This document shows, in pieces, positions 25,701 to 40,700 of a stretch of DNA of 64,000 nucleotides. Below the pieces are notes generated by a model. The model did not search any database, had not been told where the DNA came from, and worked only from the letters and a program-made list of their open reading frames with translations. Position numbers and translations under genes: made by a program. Source of the stretch: Torpedo marmorata (Eukaryota). The stretch is taken from positions 23,126,001-23,190,000 of the forward strand of contig OZ360228.1 in NCBI GenBank assembly GCA_977017645.1, written 5' to 3'. How positions within the stretch are numbered: position 1 is the first letter of the stretch; the number at the start of each line of letters is the position of its first letter.

Positions 25701-28700
25701 CCTCTCCTCGCCCCCCCCCCCCCTCCTCCCAGACTCTCCAACCTCTCCTCAGAGCTGCAATGTTCCAGTCTTCCCTCTGGCCAACCATTTCAATTCCGCA
25801 CACCACACCAACATGTCTGTCCATGGCCTCATGCACTGCCCAACAGAGGTCATTCGCAAATTGGAGGAACACCACCTTGTATTCAGCCTGGGCACCTACA
25901 TAGATTTCTCCAATTTCCATTAACCCCCCCCCCCCCATCTCTCTCTCCCTATCCCACGGTCTCCTTTCCTCCAGCTCCCCAACCCCTTCCCTTCTATCTG
26001 AGAGCTACCCTCTCATCCATCAGTTCTCAGCTTTTTTCTCTCCTCCCCTCCAATCTGTATCCACGTGACCTGTTAGCCTGTGCTCCTTCCCCTGCCTCTT
26101 CCTCCCTCCTCTCCTTCCCATCATTTGGGCTGTTTTTGCTTATACCTGACGCAGGGCTCAGGCCCGAAACTTTGGTTATCCTTTGCTTCCTATAGATGCT
26201 GCATGACCTGGTTTCTGCAGCACTTTTGTGCAGTGCACTCGACCCTGGCATAGGAAGACTTTCTTGTTTAACCCCAACGTTCCAGTCCTGCCGACTCTCC
26301 TCTGCACCCTCTCCATCTTCCCTGTGACGTGCTGACCAGAACTGTACACAGGACCCGAGCTGTGGCCTGCCCTGTGCCGATTACCATTCTGGTCTAACCT
26401 TGCTGCCCCTGCATTAGGTGTCTCGGCTAAAAGAGGAAAGTACCCCACTGCCTTGTTCACCAACTTGTTGACTGATCGGCTTCCCTTCGAGGATGTGTGG
26501 ATGTTCAGTCCAAGATCCCCGTTCCTGCGCAGCCCTCACCATTTCTCTTCTGAACCCATCACATTGCTGCACACACTTGGCACCTCACACTTCTCTGCGT
26601 TAAGTTCCACTTGCCGCCTCCAGCCAGACCACCGATATCTTGCTGCAGTCTACAAAGCCTTCCTCCTCCTGTCAGTCACACCACAGTTCTCTGTATTCCA
26701 CGAACACCATCATTCTCCCTGCACCGTGATCTAAATTATCAACATTCCCAGGACAGGGATCGACCTTTCCTCACAAGACACAACTTGTGTCCATCCAACA
26801 TTTCCTACACTCCACCCGAGCTGCAGCACAGACATGACTCCATCCACTCTCCTGGAAAGACCGTGCTAGAAGATTAAATTTTTAAATTAAAATTTTTTAT
26901 TTTTAAATGTGGACATACAGCACGGTAACAGGCCATTTTGGCCCACGAGCCCGTGTCGCCCAATTTACACCCAATTAACCTACACCTCCAGTACGTTTCG
27001 AACGGTGGGAGGAAACCGGAGCCCTCGGGGGAAACCCACGCAGACACGGGGAGAACGTACCAACTCCTTACAGACAGCGCCTGTAAGAGGTAACTGCCTC
27101 CACACAGGGTGACCTTTCTGCACCCGAACAGGTGCTACCCCTTCCCCAAGTACTCCTCTTGTTCTTAATGAGTTTATACAAAACAAAATGCTTGGATTTC
27201 CTTTGAATTTACTTGCCAGTATTTTTGAACTTGCTTGGGCCTGGGAACCATTAAAGAATTTAGCAGTGCTGAAGTAACAGCATTGCTTATAAACCACAGC
27301 CAGCCCTTTCAAGCCTCAATAAATGGATAATGTGGCCTTGTGTTCACCAGGTGCACAGAACAACTGGCCTGAAGCAGCTGCCTACTCCCTGCAGTGAGCA
27401 GGGGACACCACACCCCAGTCTGCGCAGGGAAGGGGAGGACCAGAAACCTGAGCACCAGGGCAAACCAACGGCATCACAGGGAGGTCGAGCAAACTCCATC
27501 TGCACATCTCCCGCGGTCAGGATCGAACCCAGGACTCTGCTGACAACACCACTGACCTGCTAGACCAGTTCTCTGCAAACCCAGCCCTCCCTCAGCTCAG
27601 CCCTCCCCCAACTCTCCCTCAGCTCAGCCCTCACCCCCCAAACCAACTGCACGGTTGGCGTAGCGGTTAGCGCAACGCCTTTACAGCGCCAGCGATTGGG
27701 ACCGGGGTTCGAATCCCGCGCTGTCTGTAAGGAGTTTGTACGTTCTCCCCATGTCTGCGTGGGTTTTCCCCGGGGGCTCCGGTTTCCTCCCACCGTTCAA
27801 AATGTTTAGTTCCTACGGTGGAATATTCAAAATATAACACAATTCTAATTTCGGATCATGCTCCTGTTGAACTGGCTTTGAAGGTCGTGTTTGAATAACC
27901 CTGAATTTTTGACTATGATTAAGGAGCATATAGTTACTTTCTTTCAAATTAATTCAGGGAATGGAGTATCGGAATTAATGGTATGGATGCATTTAAAGCA
28001 TATATTAGGTCAGATTATTTCTTTTATGGCCAACTTGAAAAAGAAAGCCAATATGGAATAATATAGATTGGCGAACCAGATTAATAGATCTTCAAATTGC
28101 TGGTTCACAGAATCCACATTTATTTAAACAAAGGATGGAATTGAAGACACAACATGATTTATTATTAACATATCCGATTGAATCATATTTGCTTAAAATT
28201 AAGTCAAACTACTATGTACATGGTGAGAATGTGGGGAAATTACTAGCAAATCAGATTAAACAATTATATTAAACAAATGATATCTGAGATTAGAAAGGAA
28301 GATGGGACAAAAACATTAGATTTGGAAGAAATTAATGAAACCTTCCGCAAGTATTATTCCAAACTTTATAGTTCAGAAGTTATGGAACCCAATGATGCAA
28401 TTCATAGGTTCTTAAATGAACTGGATATTCCTTCTCTGCCAATAGAGTTAAGAGAGACTCTGGAGAAAGCTATAACCTCTGAAGAGATAGAGGAAACAAA
28501 TCGTAAGATACAATATGGAAAGACACCTGGTCCTGACGGGTTTCCAGTTGAATTTTATAAAACTTTTGCAGATTTATTAATTCCTTATTTAAATACCACT
28601 TTAGCTGAAGTGGTCAATAAAGGAAAATTACCTCCAACTTTTTATGAAGCCTCTATTTCGTTGATTTTAAAAAATAAGGACCCATAAGATTGTGCCTCAT

Positions 28701-31700
28701 TTCGCCCAATATATCTTTACTTAATGTTGATACTAAAATATTATCTAAGATATTGGCACAAAGAATTGAAAAAACTATGCCTTTAATTATCTCGGAAGAT
28801 CAGACAGGTTTTATTAAAGGAAGACATATACATTATAACATAAGGAGATTGTTAAATATAGTATATTCTCCAGTGCAGACTCCCTTTGAAAGTGTAATTT
28901 CATTAGATGCTGAGAAGGCCTTTGATAGGGCGGAGTGGAATTACCTGTTTACGGTTTTGGGGAAATTTGATTTTGGACCAAAATTTATTAATTGGATTAA
29001 GATAATCTATGCTTTACCACTGGCTAGGGTTGTTACGAATTCAATGAAATCATTGCCTTTTAAATTATCCCGAGGGACGGGACAGGGATGTCCACTAAGC
29101 CCATTATTATTTGACATTGCTTTGGAACCGTTTACATTGGCAGTTAAACAATCAGAAAATATTACAGGTATTGTAAGAGAGGGAACTGAAAATAAAGTGT
29201 CATTATATGCAGATGATCTGCTGCTGTTTGTTTCAGATTCTAAAAATTCTGTTCCAGTGATTTTACAATTACTGGATAGACTTGAAAGTTTATCAGTATA
29301 TAAAATGAATTTAGGTAAAAGCGAATTAATGGTGATAAAATCACCTCATGTACTACCATTTCAAGTTCCTTTTAAGGTAGTTAAAAGATATTTAATATAT
29401 CTTGGAGTTAACATTACAGTGAAATTTGATCACCATATAAAGAGAATTTTCTTCCTCTATTGAATAAAGTTTAAAATTTAACTGAAGGGTGGTCTCCGTT
29501 AATTATGTCATTAATTGGTCATATAAACATTATAAAAATGAATATTTTACCTAAATTTTTTTATGTATTCCAAGCACTTCCAGTATTTCTCCCTAAAGTA
29601 TTTTTTGATCAAATAGACTCTAATTTCATCTTTTATTTGGAATGGTAAAAGACCAAGAGTAAGAAAGGAAGTACTACAAAATGACAAACCACAGGGTGGT
29701 TTTGCTTTATCTAATTTTAAGAATTATTATTGGGCTGCTTACATTAGATTTATTAATATTTGGATACATTTTAAGAATTATCAAGAAAGATTTAAATGGA
29801 TGAAATCAGAAATGAAGGTTATAGGTAAACATTCGTTAGTATCCTTATTAGGAATGCCTTCACCCTTTAAATATTCCAAAATTTCTAATAACAAGATAGA
29901 TAAACAAACGTTAAAAATATGGTTCCAATTTAGAAAAGCAAATAATTTCCTTAATTTCTTGCTTGATAGTACAATAAATTTCAATACCTTTTTTACCCCA
30001 GCTAGTGGGGATAGAGGGTTCCAGATTTGGCAAGATCACGGTATATGTTCATTTAAAAACTTGTTTATAGATTCTAATTTTATTACTTTTGAACAGTTGG
30101 TTAATAAGTATAACTTATCTAGAAACAATTATTTTAGATACTTTCAAGTTAGGAATTTTATAAATTCCTTGAGATTGGAGTTTCCTTTAGATTTAAAGTT
30201 AGTAATCATAGAAAAGGTTTCTACTATCATTCCTGATATACCAAAACCATTGTCAGTATTTTATAACCTTTTAAAAGAAAATGTGATACAGCATGTGGAT
30301 AAAATAAAGGAGGCTTGGGAAAGAGATTTTTTAGAAGTTTTTTCACCTTCAGTGTGGTCCAATATTTTGGACCGTATCCATACCTCTTCATTATGTGTAA
30401 GACATAATTTAATTCAATTCAAAGTAGTTCACAGAGCTCATTACTCAAAATCTTTAATGGCTAAATTTTCATCAAATATATCATCTATGTGTGATAGATG
30501 TAATGTTCATGAAGGTACATTATTTCACATGTTTTGGTTGTGCCCTAAGTTAGTTAGATTTTGGAACATTTTTTGTACTCTTTCTTTGGTTTTAGCTACT
30601 CAATTAGATCCAAATCCATTTATAGCAATATTTGGTATAAATGATCCTAGTAATCATGATCTTACTAATAATCAAAAACATGTGATTGCTTTTTCTTCTC
30701 TGGTTTCAAGGCGACAGATCTTGCTAAAATCTTCCTATCTATGAAGATTGGCTATCAAGTTTAATGTCCTATTTAACATTAGAAAAGATTAGATGTTCAA
30801 ATAATAAATTAAACCTAACATTTACTAATATTTGGGGTTCCTTTGTCGACTATTATCAGAGTTTATGATTCCTCATGATTTGAAGTTATATTATTTCTAC
30901 AGGTCAGTGCAATTCTGGGGTGGGGGTAGGTGGTAGGCTAGTTTAGATTGCTTTAGCTTTTATAAAAAAAATGTATTACGATGAAATTACTATGTTATTT
31001 TTTTTGGTGGTTTGGTTCTTTTTATATTTATTGGTATTATAATACTAAATTGTAAAGAAAAAAATTGATATATATCTGTAATGTATACTCTGTTATGGAT
31101 GGATTAATGGAACGTGATAATGTTTTTCTTTGCTTTTTTTTTGTAAACGTAGTTAGTGAATAAACTGTTATATCCATGATTTTATGGAATTAATAGAGAT
31201 TTAAAAAAGAAAGAAACGTACCGGGGGTGTAGGTTAATTGGGAGGCACGGACTCGTGGGCCGAAATGGCCTGTTACCGTGCTGTATGTCTAAATTTTAAA
31301 TTTAAACCCTCCCTCAGCTCAGACCTCCTCTGCCCCCCCAACCCTCCCTCAGGTCAGACCTCCCCTCAATCCCCTCCTCCGCCCCAGCCTCCACCGCCCA
31401 CCTCCTCCCCCCCCAGCGTCCTCCCTCCTCCGCCCCAGCCTCCATCCTCCTCCGCCCCCAGCCTCCACCGCCCCCAGCCCCCACCGGCCCCAGCCTCGAC
31501 CCTCCTCCGGCCCCAGCCTCCACCGCCCCAGCCTCCACCCTCCTCCGCCCCCAGCCTCCACCGCCCCAGCCTCAACTTAGCACCTCCCTCAGCTCTCCTC
31601 CAACCTACCCTCAACATGATTCCCCCCCCTCAGCTCAATCCTCTCTTTACACTCCTCCGCCGGGAGTTCCCTCCCTCCTCAGTCCGACACAAGGAATGAG

Positions 31701-34700
31701 GATAGAAGTTGCAGCTCCCTCGACACGAGGAGGACAGAAAAGCATCACGTGAAGCTGCCTAAACTTGCAAGAGAAAGCAGGAGCCCAGGGAGAAGGAGTC
31801 GGCCATGATGACGAGGGTGAAGAGCATGACTGGGGGGGTGGGGTGGGTCCTTGAGTACGTCGGCAGCTTTTGTTGGTCAGCGGGAGTATAGACAGAGTCA
31901 AAGAAGTGAGGAGGTTTGATGGCCTGAGCTGTATTCGCTGCATTCTGCAGTTTCTTGCGGTCCTGGGCAAAGCAGCTCCGTCCCGAACTGTCACGCATAG
32001 ATTTACAACCGAGTTTTCCATTGATACGTTTATTACACCGGTAAAATGTCCATGGACCACCCGTGGCCTGCTCCTGCGCCGTGCATCTGTCCTCTCAGCC
32101 ACTGGCTGAACTTGATACACGAGTCGGCTCCAAGCTTAGACACAGTCTCGACCCCCCGTAGCCACAGCAGGTGCTCTGTGTTCCCAGCCCTGCAGGGAGC
32201 TCACCGCCCACAGGCACACCTGGCACCATACCAACCCCCACTCCCCTCCAATGACGCAGATCCAGAGCTAGGAGCCTGGATCTCCGAGGCCTCTGCCACT
32301 AGCCAGCCAGGTACACACAGGCCTGCGACACAGAAATAGCTCGATCCCACGCAGTAGGCATCAAGCAGCTCTTCAACAGGACACTGTCAACCCCGGCCAT
32401 TACCTCAGCAACAACTTCTTCACGCCTGCCCACTACTTTCCACAACACCTCTAGCTCTGCTCACTACACGACAGGGTTGTATTGGGGAGGGTGCAGAGGA
32501 GACTCACCAGAGGGTTGTCTCAGTTACGAGAGACTGGATCGGCTGGGTTTGTGTACCCCGCAGAAGAGGAGGCTGGCAGAGTATTACAACACTATGAGGG
32601 GCATAGATGGGGAATAAGATTTGATGGTATCAGAGAAAGAATTTGTTTTTTTAAACCCAGAGATGGTTGGAATTCTACCCGAGTGGCAGGGTATAACATT
32701 TCAGAAGTACTCAGATGAGGAAGAGGAAAAAAATAAGTTTGTTTCAAGTTCAGAGACAATGAGGGAGGGACAGGGAGAATAAAGGGAATGTTTGTGATAA
32801 GATGAGATCCAATGGCTTAATGCGGCTGCTAGATCGGTGCCTGTGTACGCCAAACAGGAGGGCTGTGGAACATCTCCAGCAACAGATCTCCTGATAATCC
32901 CCCTCCCTTGCTTACAGATAATGCCCCCACCCTCCACCAGAGACACACCGATCCTGCCCCTCCCCCACCCATCAATCTCCCCGCCCAACTACAGGGCAGC
33001 CCCTGGCTTACTGATTGCTTCACAGCAAAAACTTGGCTCAGGTCCCCTGTTTGTGCCCATACTCCCTCCCTCGCACATCCCTAACCTCCAGTCTCCACTA
33101 ACCCAAGCCCATTCCCCCCCCCCTCTACATCACCCCTTCCCCTGAAAATCCTGCACCAGCTCCCCCTCACACAACGGATCGATGAGTGCTCTGGTTCCTG
33201 TCCCACAGCTGCCCCTCACCAGCACAGGGTAGGACGGCGACTATATCATGTCAGATGGGTGGGGAGGGTGGGGGAGGGGTTGGGGGAACTAGATGCTGCG
33301 ACCTTCCACGAAGTGAAATTCCCCGGTGAAGGGGGCAGGCTCCATCGGGATTCCAGCAGCACGGAGCGACAGGTTCCACCTGCCACACCCGCTCTCACTT
33401 GATCAGGTACATCTCATCTGCGCCAGCTGTCAGCCAGCCACAGAGCCGAGCTCCAGGCCAACATCACTGATGGAGCTGCCTTCAGACTGGGTGGGTCCCT
33501 CTCTCGGCACCCTGCATCGCTCCTTTCCATTACTTGCTCTGCTTTTCCTCAGCGCCAGGGTGGAACAGAGCCCCGGCTGCACACTGTTCCAATCTTCTTG
33601 TAATCCCATCTCTTCTCTCACACAAAGTTGTCTTTAATCAGCAACTTGCCTTGACACAGTTAGCCAGGAACCAGACTCTGCTCCTTTTCACTTCCAAATC
33701 TTACTCCCTAATCCCAAGCACTGGAGTCGAATGAAGGTCTAGGAATTTCAATGCGGAGGCAGAGCCCAGGCTGTGCTCACAACTCTCTGCAGTTTCTTGT
33801 GGTCATGGGCAGAGCAGTTCCCCAATCGAGCTGTGGCGCATCCGGACAGGATACTTTCTACGGTGCATCTGTTAAAAATTGGTACAAGACTACGTGGGGG
33901 CACGCTGGATTTCTGGAGGCTTCTGAAGGAGTAGAGCTGTTGGTACACTTTCTTGGTTGTAGTGCTGACGTGGTTGGACCAGGGAAGGTTGCTGGTGATA
34001 TTTGCTTCTGAGAACTTGGAGCTCTTCCCCCATCTCCACCTTATCTCCCTGTACACAGGGACATGTGCTCCCCTCCATTTCCTGAGGAGGCCACCAGCTC
34101 CTTTGCTTTGCTGACACGGAGGTCCGGTTGCTGGCACGTCGAAGAGCTCGGTGTCGCTGGGATACCAGGGTGACATGTGGCCATTCTCATCTCCTTCCAC
34201 TCCGCCCCCCCCCCCCCCCCACCAAGACTCTGCCCCACTCCCGCCGTATCAAGGCTGGGAATTAAGATGGCCAGAGATGTGTTCTGGAGACAGTGGAGAT
34301 CTCGGGGAACTGGAGGTGGTCCTCTGGCTCAACACTGCTGTGAATACTTCTCCCTCTCAAACACACCATGGGCAATGCTGTCACTGAGGAGGGGCAGATT
34401 CTTGGAGTCGACTCCTGTTAGCTCTTCCCTTGCCCACCGTCACCTGACAGGACTGCAGTGTTTCGATCCGATTCCTGGTGTGGCTCTGTCCACTGCAGTG
34501 GCTCTGTGGTCTAGGGAGGGAGCTGTCCATTTGTGCCCCTCAGTGAACCTGGGCCAATGGAAGGAATGGATGCTGTTGGGGGAGTAGACGGGTGTCGATC
34601 AAGCATCTGCTTTGTTCGGGAAGGCGTTGTGCTTCCCGAGAGTAGCCGGAGCTGCACTCATGCAGGCTGGCGGAGAGGATCCAGTCACACTCGAGCCTTG

Positions 34701-37700
34701 GGGAAAGGCTCTGGGGTTTCAGGAGGCGAGTCGCTCACCGCAGGATACCCAGCCCCCAACTTTTTGTAGCAACAGTATGTGTGCGGTAGGTCCAGCCGAG
34801 TTTCAGCTCCATCCCCCTGTTCTCAGCAAACTCAATAGAAATAGGTGCAGGAGTAGGCCATTCGGCCCTTCGAGCCAGCTGATCATCCACTATCAGTACC
34901 CCGTTCCTGCCTTCTCCCCATATCCCTTGACTCTGCTATCTTTAAGAGCTCTATCTAACTCTTTCTTGAAAGCATCCAGAGAATTGGCCTCCACTGCCTT
35001 CTGAGGCAGAGCATTCCACAGATCCACAACTCTCTGGGTGAAAAAGTTTTTCCTCAACTCCGTTCTAAATGGCCTTCCCTTTATTTTTAAACTGTGGCCT
35101 CTGGTTCTGGACTCCCCCAACACCGGGAACATGTTTCCTGCCTCTAGTGTGTCCAATCCCTTAATAATCTTATATGTTTCAATCAGATCCCCTCTCATCC
35201 TTCTAAATTCCAGTGTATACAAGCCCAATCGCTCCAATCTTTCAACATATGACAGTCTCACCACCTCATGAACCTACTTTGCACTCCCTCAATAGCAAGA
35301 ATGTCCTTCCTCACACCTGGAGACCAAAACTGCACACAATACTCCAGGTGTGGTCTCACCAGGGTCCTGTACAACTGCAGAAGGACCTCTTTGCTCTTAT
35401 ACTCAACTCCCCTTGTTATGAAGGCCAACATGCCAATAGCCTTCTTCACTGCCTGCTATACCTGCATGCTTACTTTCAGTGACTGGTGAACAAGGACACC
35501 TAGATCTCGTTGTACTTCCCCTTTTCCTAACGACACCATTCAGATAGTAATCCACCTCCCTGTTCTTGCCACCAAAGTGGATAACCTCATTTATCCACAT
35601 TAAACCGTATCTGCCCACTCACCCAACCTGTCCAAGTCCCCCTGCATTCTCATAGCATCCTCCTCACATTTCACACTGCCACCCAGCTTCGTGTCATCTG
35701 CAAATTTGTTAAGGTTACTTTTAATCCCTTCATCTAAATCATTAATGTATATTGTAAACAGCTGCGGTCCTAGCACCGAGCCTTGTGGTACCCCACTGGT
35801 CACTGCCTGCCATTCTGAAAGGGACCCATTTATCCCTTCTTTGTTTCCTGTCTGCCAACCAATTTTCTATCCATGTCAGTACCCTACCCCCACTACCCAT
35901 GTGCTCTAATTTTGCCCACTAATCTATGTGGTACCTTATCAAAGGCTTTCTGAAAGTCCAGGTGCACATTAACTGACTCTCCCTTGCCCATTTTCATAGT
36001 TACATCCTCAAATATTTCCAGAAGATTAGTCAAACATGATTTCCCCTTCGTAAATCCATGCTGACACAGACCGATCCTGTCACTGCTATCCAAATGTGCC
36101 GCTATTTCATCTTTTATAATTGCCTCCAGCATCTTCCCCACCACTGATGTCAGGCTAACTGGTCTATAATTCCCCATTTTCTCTCTCCCTCCTTTTTTAA
36201 AAAGTAGGAGAACTTTAGCTACCCTCCAATCTGCAGGAACTGATCCTGAATCTATAGAACATTGGAAAATGATTACCAATGCGTCCACTATTTCTAGAGT
36301 CACCTCCTTAAGTACCCTGGGATGCAGACCATCAGGCCCTGGGGATTTATCAGACTTCAGTCCCATCAGTCTACCAACACCATTTTCTGCCTAACATGAA
36401 TTTCCTTCAGTTCCTCTGTTACCCTGGGTCCTCTGTCCACTATTACATCTGGGAGGTTGTTTGTGTCTTCCCTAGTGAAGACAGATCCAAAGTACCTGTT
36501 CAACTCTTCTGCCATTTCCTTGTTCCCCATAATAATTTCACCCGTTCTGTCTTCAAGGGCTCAACTTTGATCTTAACTAATTTTTTCCTCTTCACATACC
36601 TAAAGAAGCTTTTACTATCCTCCTTTATATTCTTGGCTAGCCTACCTTCGTACCTCATCTTTTCTCCCCGTATTGCCTTTTTAGTTATCTTCTGTTTCCC
36701 AATCCTCTGGCTTCCCGCTCGTCTTTGCTGTGTTATACTTCTTCTCTTTTATTTTTATACTGTCCTTGACTTCCCTTGTCTGCCACGGTCGCCCCTTACT
36801 CCCCTTAGAATCTTTCTTCCTCTTTGGAATGAACTGATCCTGCACCTTCTGTATTATTCCCAGAAATACCTGCCATTGTTGTTCCACTGTCATCCCTGCT
36901 AGGGTATCCTTCCAGTCAACTTTGGCCAGCTCCTCCCTCATGGCTCCATAGTCCCCTTTGTTCAACTGTAATATTGACACTTCCGATTTTCCCTTCTCCC
37001 TCTCAAATTGTAGATTAAAACTTATCATATTATGGTCACTACCTCCTCATGGCTCCCTTACCTCGAGTTCCCTTATCAAATCCGGTTCATTACACAGCAC
37101 TAAATCCAGAATTGCCTTCTCCCTGGTAGGCTCCAGTACAAGCTGCTCCAGAAATCCATCTCTGAGGCACTCCACAAACTCCCTTTCTTGGGGTCCAGTA
37201 CCAACCTGATTTTCCCAGTCTACCTGCATGTTGAAATCCCCCATAACAACCGTAGCATTACCTTTGCAACATGCCAATTTTAACTCTTCATTCAACTTGC
37301 ACCCAATATCCAGGCTACTGTTTGGGGGCCTGGAGATAACTCCCATTAGGGTATTTTTGCCCTTACAGTTTCTCAGTTCTATCCATACTGACTCTACATC
37401 TCCTGACTCTATGTCACCCCTCGCAAGGGACTGAATTTCATTCCTCACCAACAGAGCCACCCCACCCCCTCTGCCCACCTGTCTGTCCTTTCAATAGGAC
37501 GTATAGCCTTGAATATTCATTTCCCAGCCCTGGTCCTCTTGCAGCCATGTCTGTTATTCCTACAACATCATACTTTCCAATTTCCAACTGAGCCTCAAGC
37601 TCATCCACTTTATATCTTGTACTTCGCGCATTCATATACTTTTAATTCATTACTCCCCTCCCCTTTCACATCGATTCTTATCGCACTTGGCCATACTCTC

Positions 37701-40700
37701 CAATCCCTTCCTGAGCTTTCTGCCCCGTTAATTCTGTTGTCTTTCCTAACTTTTATTCTCTCTTTAATTCCATCCTTATATTTCCAGTTCATCTCCTCCC
37801 CCCCCCCCTCACTACTTAGTTTAAACACACCCGTGTAGCAGTGGCAAACCTGCCTGCCAGAATGCTGGTCCCCCTCCTGTTAAGGTGCAACCCATCCCTC
37901 CTGTACAATTCATCCTTACCCCAAAACAGCTCCCAGTGGTCTAAGAATCTAAATCCCTGCTTCACGCTCCAGCTCCTCAGCCACACATTCAGATCCCATA
38001 TCTCCCTGTTCCTGCCCTCACCAGCACGAGGAACTGGAAGCAAACCGGAGATCACCACCCTGGAGATCCTGCTTTTCAGATTTCTACTGAGTTCTCTGAA
38101 GTCATGCTGCAGAATTTCTTTCCTCTTCTTCCCGACGTCATTTGTACCACTGTTCACCTTCACCGTTGAGGATGTCCGGCAATTGGTCCGTGACGTCCTG
38201 GATCCTGGCACCAGGTAGGCAACACACCATCCTTAAATCCCACCTGTTGCCGCAGAAACCCCTTTCTGTACCTCTCACTATGGAGTCCCCTACTACCACG
38301 GCTCTGCCTGACTTCTGTCTGCTCGGCTTTGCTTCAGCGCCAATTTTTGACTCGCAGACCTGTCCGCCTCTCAGACTGGCAGTGTCTTCTGTCCCGACAG
38401 CTTCCAAGAGGGTGAACCTGTTTTCAAGAGGTACATCCCCCGGGGTCTCCTGCACTCCAAGCATCCATCCCTTCCTTATCGTCGCCCCCTTCTCTCTTCC
38501 GGTATCTTCGGTGTAACGATCTCTCTGAAGGTCCTGTCCAGAAAACTCTCGTTTTCCCGGATGAACCTGAGGTTATCCAGTTGCTTCTCCAGTTCCCCAA
38601 CACGTTCCTTCAGGAGCTGAACCTGGACACACTTTCCACATTTGTAGCAGCCAGAGGCACCATCAGTGTCCCTGACCTCCCACATCATGCAAGCAACACA
38701 CTGAATCAGTTTACCTGTCATTGCTTCACCACTTCACACCCTCCCCAACTGTGGTGTAGTTTCCTCCCTCAGCCTCTTGAGCCAAAGCCTCAGAGCTCCA
38801 CTCCTTCCCTGTGCCACTCACTCCCCTGGGCCGCTCCTTTATCAACCCCTCCTTTTATTGGTCCCTGCCAATTACCTCACCTCACAAGGCACTCGCCCCT
38901 CCTCCGACTGAAACTGAAAAGGCCCTAGTACAGACTACGCGCCCTTTTTAAACTTTACAAAAATCTTCCAGTCACCACACAAGGCCCTCGCCCCTCCTCA
39001 GTGCCGGAGCCTCCACAACACTCGGCGGTAGAGAATTCCAAGGATCACTGACATCTGGGTGGAGAAACTACTCCCCATCTCACGTCCTGGAAACAACCCT
39101 TACCACCAACCTATTGGACCCAGCAAAAACTTTGCAAGTTTCAATGAGGCCCAAACTCTCGAGAATGCGGGACCAATCTGGTCACTGTCTGCTTCTCTGG
39201 CAAACCCACCACCCCTGCAACCAGGCTGAGATATCTTCACTACACTCCCTCCACTGCAAAGATAACTTCCAACTATGTTCCATCAGCTCTGCTCATGCCA
39301 ATCACAACCTTAAATGATGCAAAATGAATTGAATTTTGTCACATGCACTGAGATAGTGAAAAACTTTGTTTTTGCGTGCTATCCAAGCAGGTCAACCTAT
39401 CATTGAGTACAGAAGGTGGTGCAAAATAAATGAGAAGGGCAGAGTACAGTGTTACAGAGAAAATGTTCAACAAAAACTGTGCAAGGGTTGCAACACTGTA
39501 TAAATGAGAGGTCCATTCAATCCCCTGGCAACGCCAGGGAAGAATCTACAGATCGTGCTTTCAGGCTTGTATCTTCTGTCCGACGGGATGGGGGGTGGGG
39601 AGAAGAGTGAGAGATGGGGCGGGATGGGTCCTTTAATTCAGCCATTCTTAAAGGGGGCCGCTATCCCCCCCCCCCCGTGGGCCACAGCACATTTAAGTAA
39701 AAGCCTAGTTTTCTTTTCACCTCACATAACATAGATAATTTTTATGTTTTTATGTAATTGGTATGAGAGAAGTACAGAAGAAACCAAAACTTGACTGCTT
39801 CACAGGGAAGGAGGCCCATAAATTTTGAGCAGAGTGCTGGGGTGGGGGGGCATAGCCAAACTAAGGTTGAGAATGGCTGCTTCTGGCTTATTCCTTGAAG
39901 AAGGGCTCAGGCCCAAAACGTCAGCAATATATCTGTCTCCAAAAGACGCTGAAAGACCGGCAGAAACCCCTTTCTGTACCTCTCACTATGGAGTCCCCTA
40001 CTACCACGGCTCTGCCTGACTTCTGTCTGCTCGGCTTTGCTTCAGCGCCAATTTTTGACTCGCAGACCTGTCCGCCTCTCAGACTGGCAGTGTCTTCTGT
40101 CCCGACAGCTTCCAAGAGGGTGAACCTGTTTTCAAGAGGTACATCCCCCGGGGTCTCCTGCACTCCAAGCATCCATCCCTTCCTCATCGTCGCCCCCTTC
40201 TCTCTTCCGGTATCTTCGGTGTAACGATCTCTCTGAAGGTCCTGTCCAGAAAACTCTCGTTTTCCCAGATGAACCTGAGGTTATCCAGTTGCTTCTCCAG
40301 TTCCCCAACACGTTCCTTCAGGAGCTGAACCTGGACACACTTTCCACATTTGTAGCAGCCAGAGGCACCATCAGTGTCCCTGACCTCCCACATCATGCAA
40401 GCAACACACTGAATCAGTTTACCTGTCATTGCTTCACCACTTCACACCCTCCCCAACTGTGGTGTAGTTTCCTCCCTCAGCCTCTTGAGCCAAAGCCTCA
40501 GAGCTCCACTCCTTCCCTGTGCCACTCCAGCATTTCGGTGTGTTTTTACTACAATCACAGCATCTGCAGACTTTTGTGTTTCACTTAATGTGCCACCTGC
40601 CTTCCAGAGGCAGCAGGAGGTGTGGTCGGAGTAGGTGGAGGGGAGGTCAGTTTGGCCTGAGCTGCGTTCACAACACTGCACTCTCATGCGCTCCCGGAGC

